64,000 bases of DNA from NCBI RefSeq assembly GCF_964204645.1, contig NC_134034.1:3055814-3119813 (forward strand), given 5' to 3'. The translations under genes and the position numbers were made by a program. Positions within the stretch are counted from its first letter, which is position 1, and the number at the start of each line of letters is the position of its first letter. Positions 56,001-64,000 of the stretch are shown piece by piece. This DNA comes from Tubulanus polymorphus. Lineage: Eukaryota; Animalia; Nemertea. The notes below the pieces were generated by a model, which worked only from the letters and a program-made list of their open reading frames with translations, did not search any database and was not told where the DNA came from.

Positions 56001-59000
56001 GCGGCAATCGCGGCTGCCAGCCAGCCAAATGAGTCCTAAAAAATTCCAACCAAGCCAAAACGAAGATTTATCATTCCTTTCTAATTAAAGACGGCTACAA
56101 GTTAGTCACGTCACATTGCATCCACGAATTATAAACTCACCGATTAATCAAACCTTTCAGTAGTTTAGTCAGTCGTTCGTTTTGAATCTTTTTCTTTTCG
56201 CTGATTTTCGTCAACTCGGCTCGTTTTCCCGGTGGTATATATTTCTGTTGTTGTTGTTGGCGACCGGTGACGATATTACCGTCTTTATCGCGCAACCGGC
56301 CGTAAATATCCTCTTTCAGTTCGGGCTCGGGCTCCGCGACGACTTCGGAGTCGCTGTCAACGCCGTCGACTTCGGAATCTTAAAACATAATACAGTATAA
56401 CCTCTCTATAGTGCTACGCTTGGGGTTCTGAAAAATTGTTTATTATAGAGAGGTGTTCACTGAATAGAGGTAGCACTTATTTGTTTCACGCCACCTACCA
56501 GCAGTTTGAATAATTACTACCCCCAAAATTAAGCATTAATCCAAAACAATAACAGCTGTCCATTCATAATTGTAGTTACCAACTAACCTAATTAGTACTG
56601 CCTAAGGACTATTAAAGACAACCAGCCATTGAATGACCATGGGTTATGTACATATAGTAAATGATGAACACCTAGATACTGACAACAATGAGTCTACTAG
56701 CAAACTTTGACTGTCTAGACATTCTGGGATGGGACCACTGTTCGCTATAGAGAGGTGTTCACGAAATGAAGGTTCCGTTTATTTGAAAATGAGTGAGTAG
56801 GGAATATTTGGTTCCGGGCAAAAAGTGTTGACTAAGGTACTAAATAGAGGTGTTCACTAAGAGAGGTTTTATTGTATATAATAATATAATCTATTTTCAT
56901 CATTATGTCATCGAAGATTATCGTACGTCGTATGAATTCACATAGTTTTTACATACATAAGATGAGGGACACAGCGCAAGCCTAGGGCTGTACTAAATTA
57001 CTAAGACACTCGAGATCAAGATCAAGCAATTATATAAGCTAATTATATATAGCTCCCGAAAATAAACGAAGGCAGACCCGACTATCTTGGCATCATGACT
57101 GACATTCTAAACTCGTCGTTGAGGGATGCGTACGTACCGTTTTGTAAGTCCTCCTCATTCGACATCTCCTCTTTCGACTCCTCTTCGCTAGAACCATCCT
57201 CATCGCTGCCGTTGTCCTCCATATCCTCGCTCTCCTGTTCCTCCTCGCTACCCTCATCCCGCATTTCCTCCTCACTCTCCTCATCGCGCATCTCCTCGCG
57301 TCCCTCACTTCTCATTATCTCCTCGACGTTCGATTTCTTCAGTTTCACTAATTTCTCCAGTATAGACCGTTCCAGGATTTCTCGCTCGTCCGTCAAATTC
57401 TCGGCGAATTTCACCGACTTTTTCTTCTCCATCGGTTTATCATCGATTTCATCTTCGTCGCTTTCATCATCGTTTTCACTTACATCTGAACGAAAGAAAT
57501 TAGCTCCCTTATGACTTCAATCTGGATTTTTTAGCTTTCGAATCCAAATGTAATGGAACAAGCTTTTTTATATGATTCAATCTTCTACTTTGGGCGTTTC
57601 GTATAGTTATCATTGATTATTGCGACAAAAGTTGATTTTTAATAGAAATATAGGATAAATTCAAGCGATAAAGCCTGACTAACTATGTGCAACATCCGGT
57701 GGATCCTCACTTGCCACAAGTGGAAATCATCTACCGGGTATTGCCACAGTAGTTGATGTCCTACTGCACACTAGCAACACCTGGTGGATCCTAACTTGCC
57801 AAAATTAGATGCAGCAGTAGTTGATGTCCTACAGCACACTAGCGACACCTGGTGGATCCTCACTTGCCACAAGTGGAATCATCGATTGCTGCCGTAGTTG
57901 ATGTCCTACTGCACACTAGCGACACCTGGTGTATCCTCACTTGCCACAAATGGAATCCTCTATTGATGCAGTAGTTGATGACCTACTGCACACTAGTAAA
58001 ACCTGGTGGATCTTAACTTGCCACAAATGGAACCCTTGATTTCTAAAATCGAGTTGTCTACTACAAAACAGAAATAAATCAGGCTTTTGTTCTGAATACA
58101 ATCTGATTCACACCTTGGTCATCTGAGTCATCATTCGCCTGTAAACTGGACAACAACTGGTCATCATTTCCATCATCATCTTCACTTCCATCATTTTCAT
58201 ATAAACATTTCAGTTTTTCCGAATCCAGCGTTTCAAATATATCTGTACAGTTTATTAAAAAAATCAAGACCAGTTGTAAGATTTATGACTTTTTTAAACC
58301 AGCTCTTGGAAATTGCATTTAAATGCACAAACATTTCGAAAAATTTCCAAACCCCTGTTTTAGCTTCGCGCCTACCGCGCTTGTTCAAGAGTGGATTTGA
58401 GGTGGACTAGTCTGCTCCCTCTAAATACGAATATGCCCTCCAAAAGGTTTGGGAAGGAATTTTTAAAAAGTTTTGGATTTTTAAAATAATCCAACTGGCT
58501 CCTAAGAGGGTCAGAAAAGCCCTTTTTTGTCCTAAATAATCCGTGGGAGGGCCGCCTGAACCCCTACCAATGTCCAAACCTGCCCTTTTCAAATTGAGCG
58601 CCCATTCCAACTTTCAGGTCCACCCCTTCAAAGAAGCCTAGATCCTCTCTTACACAGTACAAGCTTTGTTAATTTTCTCGCAATGCTATTTAAGTCCGGC
58701 CCTGGTATTTGTGGAGCCTTCCCCGCTCGTCCGATAGTTGTGTTTCTAGTTGAACAAAAGGATACAGTCCAATCCATCGTCTGTGAACGACTTTGGCAAA
58801 TTTTTACTCTTCCTTCGATTCAGTTTCATCTGTTTTTCGAGTCGTTTGATCAGTTTATCCTCGCGTTCGTTTTCCATCATCAGCTGTTTGCGACGGAATT
58901 CCGCGCGAGGTAACGCTCCCTCGTTCTCTTCGCCTGACCCTCCTCCGGCTGTCTCACCCTCGCTATCACCGTCGTCGCCTTTCTCGGCCGGCGGCTTTTT

Positions 59001-59892
59001 CTTGTCGCCTTTCGATTTCTTTTTCTTCTTCTTCTTTTTCTTCTCCGGTTTCTTCTCGGGGAAAATGTCTTTATAATCTTGCGGAATCTAAAACAAGGCA
59101 AATGATTCTTTTCAGCCCTTTTAGTGCGTCTTACACTGCAATGCAGTGTCTTACACTGCAATGCAGTGTCTTACACTGCAATGCAGTGTCTTACGCCGCA
59201 GTGCAGCATCTTACACAGCAGTGCAGTCTTACACCGCAGTTCAGCATCTTACACCGCAGTGCAGCATCTTACACCGCAGTGCATTGTCTTACACCGCAGT
59301 GCAGCATCTTACATCGAAGTGCAGCATCTTACACCGCAGTGCAGAGTTTAACACCGCAGTGCAGAGCCTTACTTACACAGCAGTGCAGTGTACTAATTGG
59401 TGTAGACACAATATAGCAGTATGCCTGCCATGCCTACGTACCAAACTTCAGTAAGTAGGCATGGAATTATATTATTAAACTTTCAAATCATCGAGTCTCT
59501 TTTCCCTCATGAACCCCTTTTCGGATATCCTTCAATACAATGAAGAATGGATTAAAAAACAATGTGTTTGGTCAACTGCCAGTGCTTTGTGATTCTTATA
59601 AGACTAAGCTAGACTACCTGATGTGCTCTCAAGTCAAGTTGGAATAGACATAAGTACATACCGGTTTTTTGTGATAAAAGGCGTTCATTTTCGCTTTCTT
59701 CAACAATCGACCCTGTTTGCGTCTTTGTTTACGCGGGATTTTTTTCTCGTCCGATTGTTGCGTCGTCATCGTCGTGGATGCCGCGTGCTGCTGCGTGTCG
59801 CCGCCCGATTGTTGCTTCGCGAACTGTTCGACGCTCGCTCGAAATCTTTTTAAATTCGGCGCATCTTTATCGTGGAATTTTCTGCGCTTCAT
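50015..59892 (-). CDS. NOM1: Nucleolar MIF4G domain-containing protein 1 (~914 aa)
   Basis: Exons 59892-59662, 59087-58766, 58242-58114, 57485-57138, 56378-56141, 55423-55224, 54681-54557, 53912-53713, 53350-53226, 52733-52489, 51773-51609, 50916-50785 and 50299-50015 (TAG) are in frame. Motifs SFTDDGLDY, KYIPP, KGLINRVSESNM, GRWWMVGSAWSG, ARKQRMNTDIRKNIFCIIMTSEDF and QEKRYNPYY (MIF4G plus MA3 domains). Confidence 0.95.
50348..50670. repeat. 77-bp dispersed satellite, family F (reverse orientation)
   Basis: Same unit as 47198-47607. Confidence 0.9.
51820..52380. repeat. Degenerate ~60/120-bp tandem repeat
   Basis: Recurring GAAAAGATG...GACATCATCA; a different degenerate ~112-bp tandem at about 55485-55880. 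Confidence 0.75.
53977..54290. mobile_element. MITE with CCAGGGTTTGATTGCC TIRs (hAT-like termini)
   Basis: Perfect 16-bp inverted termini; internal AGCCAATCAGA/TCTGATTGGCT pair. Partial copies at about 33716 and 60200-60390. Confidence 0.72.
56393..56874. mobile_element. Tc1/mariner (pogo/Tigger-like) MITE
   Basis: TA TSD; TIR CAGTATAACCTCTCTATAGTG / CAATAAAACCTCTCTTAGTG; subterminal AGAGG repeats. Confidence 0.78.
57695..58035. repeat. 77-bp dispersed satellite, family F
   Basis: Same unit; another cluster at about 59965-60195. Confidence 0.9.
58243..58765 (-). other. U12-type GT-AG minor intron in NOM1
   Basis: Minus-strand donor GTATCCTTTT at 58765 interrupts the Tyr codon of DGLD-Y. 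The acceptor lacks a pyrimidine tract next to the AG and has a degenerate branch TTTTTTAAT about 11 nt upstream of the intron end. Confidence 0.82.
59116..59400. repeat. 20-bp minisatellite grown from a family A MITE end
   Basis: Begins CCCTTTTAGTGCGTCT (family A TIR variant), then (TTACACCGCAGTGCAGCATC)n, about 12 copies. Confidence 0.85.
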
Positions 59893-60460
59893 TCCGGTAG
59901 ATGTGTCAACAATCTGGAATATAACGATTAAGAGAGATTGAAGAAAGAAGATTCTGTGAAAGGTCGTGGCATGTGAGGATCCACCAGGTGTCGCTAGTGG
60001 TAAGTAGGACATCAACTACTGCGGCAATAGAGGATTTCATTCGTGGCAATTAGGCCTATATGGATCCACAGGTGTCACAAGTGGTATGTAGGACATCAAC
60101 TACTGCGGCAATAGAGGATTTCACTCGTGGCAATTGTATGGATCCACCAGGTGTCGCTAGTGTGCAGTAGGACATCAACTAATGCGGCAATAGAGCAATA
60201 CCAAAAATCTGATTGGCTAAGTGGGAACCTGTCCGCCCAAGAAATCGTGGGCGATGTATTGGACCAATGAACTGTTTGCGGCAAGGGTTTGTTTGGCTTT
60301 ACGTCGATCTTCTTGGTTTCCCAAGAGTAACCCTATTATTTTGTGTTAGCGACTGGCGTGAGCTTCAGCGGATGGCAATCAAAACCTGGCAAGCGAGCTG
60401 AGGATGTCTCTATATTGACAGGAGTAGACTACTCCAAAAATCGGCCAAAATAAATAGGGT

Positions 60461-60663
60461 GGTGCGATTCAAGAATAGGGGACTATAGCAATATATATGT
60501 AGTGATAGTAATCAATTAAGTAATAATATTAGTAATTGATAATGATGATATATAATGATAGTAATGTATATAGTAATTAATGATGATTAGGGAACTAAAC
60601 CTAACCCTAACCCTAATCCTAACCCTAATCCTAACCACTAGTCCCCTATTCTTGAATCTTACC
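60461..60663. mobile_element. 203-bp element with 8-bp TSD carrying telomere-like repeats
   Basis: TSD AATAGGGT (60453-60460, 60664-60671); 25-bp TIR GGT..GATTCAAGAATAGGGGACTA; internal (CCTAAC/CCTAAT)n. Confidence 0.85.
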
Positions 60664-60879
60664 AATAGGGTTTGTGTGGGCTGTGCTGAGTATGCCGGCT
60701 GTGTCGTGTGTAGTGTGTGGGGCGATTTTCATTCATTTCAATTTCATTGAGTCGTCGGAATCAGAGAAATAAATAACGAGTGATTATCCTCGGCCTAATC
60801 AACTAATTAAGAAATCGAGTGATTATGAACTTAGATTTTTGAACCAAACCGTTTGAATACTGATTATTTACTCGCTTTT

Positions 60880-61140
60880 AATCACTTGTTGTATCGTCAG
60901 AATAAAGTTCATTGAATTTTATAGAATTGTGGAGCCACGCATGTTCGGTCCGCATGTAAGTCCGGCTTACGGTCGTTAGTGTTACCCGGGATTCCCCACT
61001 GCCAGCGCCACCTGGCCGTGGCGGGAAGTATCATTCAATTCAATCAGTTTTGATTGACGCGGGTTTTTGTAAAGGTGATTTTATCGTGATTTATTCATCG
61101 ACGCGAAACAGAAATAATTGTGCCGTTGTCGAGTAAATTC
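60880..61140. promoter_or_regulatory. Candidate bidirectional promoter for NOM1/RPA3
   Basis: Repeat-free, GC/CpG-richer patch between two divergent genes that both need 5' non-coding exons. E2F-like TGGCGGGAA (61019-61027) and CGCGAAA (61102-61108); CTCF-like GGCCAGGTGGCGCTG on the minus strand (61003-61017). Confidence 0.5.
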
Positions 61141-61601
61141 GACGAAATTTCATGTTATCATCTTGAATTAATTTTTTTTACGGTTCAAAGAAACTTTACC
61201 TGAAAAACAAGGAGTTATATATAAGCAAATGAAGCCAACCAATCAATTTAATTCAATGAAATTATTCAATATTTTTGAGTTAAACGAAAAAAATGTTAGT
61301 TTTTTTCCCAAAAAGAATTTCAAATCAAAACTAGAGACTAGAAACTATCGGGTCTATTTGATCAGATTATCAGACAGACAGAGGCATCTGTCTCGTTGAT
61401 TATTAATCATTCACTCCAGTCCATGTCATTCTTCATGACATGGTTTTTTGAAAGCCACAAAGGGTGAAAAAAATAAAATAGTGTTTTCAATTCAAGTGAA
61501 GTAAGTAGACTTGAAGTTTGGGGATTAACTGCATCCAGCAGTATCCCAGGTACTATTATATCGAACCTGAGATATTGAAGGATCTAAGCTGCAGTTCACC
61601 C

Positions 61602-61762
61602 TAGTTTAGTACCTAGCTGTCGTTCCACAAACAACCGGTTGTAGGGAACTGGTAACAGAGACTGGTATTCACACTACAGTTCACCTCTAGCCTGAATACC
61701 AGTCATTGTTACCGGTTCCCTACAACCGGTTGTTTGTGGAACAACGGCTCGGTACTAGACTA
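61602..61762. mobile_element. Pair of inverted 75-bp TAG...CTA elements with triplicated 10-bp target (AcademH-like)
   Basis: Units 61602-61676 and 61688-61762. Target (C)AGTTCACC(C/T)(C) present left, middle and right. Confidence 0.72.
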
Positions 61763-62199
61763 AGTTCACCCCCTAACTTTATTCAAATACGAGCCCCTGT
61801 GGCTCTAGTTTGTTACCTGGCTTAGGGTTGATGGGGTAAGGGTTAGTCAGTTACCTGACTGTGGTTTAGTTTCACGATCGGATATTTTCACAAACCACAA
61901 GCATGGTACAAGCTCATCCGATTATAAAAACAACAATTAGGCAACTAACTGGGGTAAGGATAAGCTTTTGTAATCGTATTTTTATCAGGCTTTTATATCA
62001 ACTGTGAAAATATCTGATCGTGAAACTAAACCACGGACACAGGTTACCGACAACTGTGGCTTCTGCTGGACTTCCAATTCGAAACTCGGCGCAGACTTCA
62101 TCGAGGAATCTCTAAAATGGGTGGCTCCGGTGGACTCGTTTTTGGCGTCGACTCAGAATATTATGAATGTTTATTTTATTTTTTTCAGCGAAATCAACA

Positions 62200-63869
62200 A
62201 TGGCAGGTATACACGTCGGTTCTAAGCCGCGGATCAACGGAGCGATGCTCGGACAGAATCAGGGAACCGTCGTTTGTTTACTGGGAATAGCTCACGATGT
62301 AAGTTCGATTTAATCGAGGGGGGGCGAACTTCGGTTTTGGTCATTTTGTTAAGCCATGAATGTCTGTTCCGGCTAGAAAAAGAAGATACCTAAGTTGTTT
62401 CTCCTGGTCAGGCGGGTCAATTTGCTAAGGGATCATTCATTTATTTATGGTAGGCATAAAATTTGAATTGGACCCCCTTTCATCATTGCAGTATGCAATT
62501 CCCCTCCCCTAATGCGTACCAGAAACCCGTAATATGAAGTCTTAGCCAGCAGCGGATGTGTTAAAATTTGCGCGAGAAAGTGGAAAATTTGATATCAATT
62601 TATCCCCCGAACGTGGACGGGACAGTTTTTAAATCGTAATCTTAATCGAAATGCTCACGGTATGTTTTACAGCCCGATAACAGCGGAATGTCGTTTAAAC
62701 TGAAAACCTGCGACGATCAAATCGTAACCGTCAAACTACAAGAACCGGTAAGTTTTAAATACGCGACGAAGGCCCAGTTTCATGTTCGAGCTCAAAACAG
62801 TTTTAGTTGGTATTGTTGGTAAATCCATACCCCCTCCGCCTCGCCCCCCCCCCCCTATTTTTGCAAATAACATATTCGCTACCTGGCTCATGGTATATCA
62901 TTGCCAGTCATTTTGTTCTACTCTAGAATCACTAAAGGTTTCGATAAATGTTCGTTTTTTTTAAAATTTTCTCGAGGCAGGGCCCCAAACCCACTTCGGG
63001 TTTTATGTACCCAGTGCATGTACTACAGTTGAACCTCGTCACAACCAACTCAGATACGACGATTCATCAGGACCCAGTTCCACAGTCGTGAGTTAGAGTT
63101 AACTCTGGGTGAAAATTAGTTCATTTCCAATGACTTGACTCTAGTCAAATCTTAACTCACAACTGTGGAACTGGGTCCGGATTTAACAAATATAGAATTT
63201 CGTCCCGAGTGAGAAGATTCGATTAATTTAATACTGGATATAACAAACTATCAGTTATAACGAAAATAGTTTCTGGTCCCGTGAAGTTAGCTGTAACGAG
63301 GTCCCACTGTACAACAAGGCCCAGAGAGATAGTTCTTATTCAAAATTCCTGGATACACTCCTGGGGCCGGTTGCATAGTCATGGCTTAGACTTAAGACCA
63401 GTCTAAGACCAACTTAGTTCTATAGCCAATCTAACAAGACCGGTCTTAAGATTTAAGACCACTTTTTGAGTCACGACTGTGCAACTGGCCCCAGGGGCTG
63501 GTTGCATAGTCGAGACTTAAGACCAAAAGTGGTCTTAAACCTTAAGACTTGTCTCAAGTTGTTAGATTGGCTATAGAACTAAGTTTGTCTTAGACCGGTC
63601 TTAAGTCAAAGCCCCGTCTATGGAACCGGCCCCTGAGTTTTACGAAAAACAATTTCCGGGGTCGCTTCCGTTATTAAATGCGGTCGCTTCTGCAGATTGT
63701 GGGGCGACTTTGTTCTACAAATTCTTTCCCTCAAAGAGTTCGTTCCGTTCGACGTTTCAGTTACAAGAATACCTGCAGGGCTTGACCGAGGTGCACGGTG
63801 AAGTTCAAGGTCGCGAGATAAAAGCTCAGTCGTACGTCGTTTTCCCGGCGGAATATTCCAGTAGTTTTG
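62200..63869 (+). CDS. RPA3: Replication protein A 14-kDa subunit (3'-partial; last exon beyond the window)
   Basis: Exons 62200-62298 (MAGIHVGSKPRINGAMLGQNQGTVVCLLGIAHD), 62673-62747 (PDNSGMSFKLKTCDDQIVTVKLQEP) and 63761-63869 (LQEYLQGLTEVHGEV...QSYVVF...F) show the RPA14 OB-fold pattern. An acceptor at 62188 implies an upstream non-coding exon. Confidence 0.9.
63026..63309. mobile_element. pogo-like MITE containing a nested family C MITE
   Basis: TA|CAGTTGAACCTCG...CGAGGTCCCACTG|TA. Uninterrupted relative at about 49757-49953. Confidence 0.78.
63364..63632. mobile_element. Two adjacent inverted family B MITEs
   Basis: CTG|63364-63491|CAG|63495-63632|CTG. Confidence 0.82.
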
Positions 63870-64000
63870 GTAATTATGCAAAAATTAGTTTTCATCCCTA
63901 TTGAAAGATGGCAGCACCTGTCAAACGTAGTGAAATATTATTAGCAGTTGATACACCGCGCTGCGGCGTAGACGCACTAAAGCGATATGCCCGTTAATCA

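Noticed and set aside
60595-60636. Telomere or chromosome-fusion relic
   Set aside because: Short, degenerate and enclosed by TIRs and a TSD, so it is part of a mobile element.

Overview
Eukaryotic, invertebrate-like animal genomic DNA with AT-rich, MITE- and minisatellite-laden introns and CpG-rich exons; the species cannot be determined from this window. I assembled six protein-coding genes by hand from splice sites and reading frames. (1) FTCD (+, 505-8207; first exon lies upstream of the window). (2) An intronless class A GPCR (+, 12353-13339), bracketed by two arrays of the same 94-bp repeat. (3) A ~24-kb minus-strand gene (38830-15254) that the ORF track only shows in fragments. It encodes a secreted ~1,750-aa mosaic protein: signal peptide, C-type lectin, SUEL-like, C-type lectin, F5/8C discoidin, TSP1, four PAN/apple-like domains, then a ~800-aa helical toxin-like module. 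From memory, that module resembles the fern insecticidal IPD083/PtIP-83 proteins, and it ends in a Cys-flanked furin site. (4) LSM12 (+, 42350-47722). (5) NOM1 (-, 59892-50015). (6) RPA3 (+, 62200 to beyond 63869), head-to-head with NOM1. LSM12 and NOM1 each contain a U12-type (minor spliceosome) intron. The mosaic lectin-toxin gene is the best candidate for an undescribed system. No CRISPR array, rRNA, tRNA or autonomous transposase is evident.
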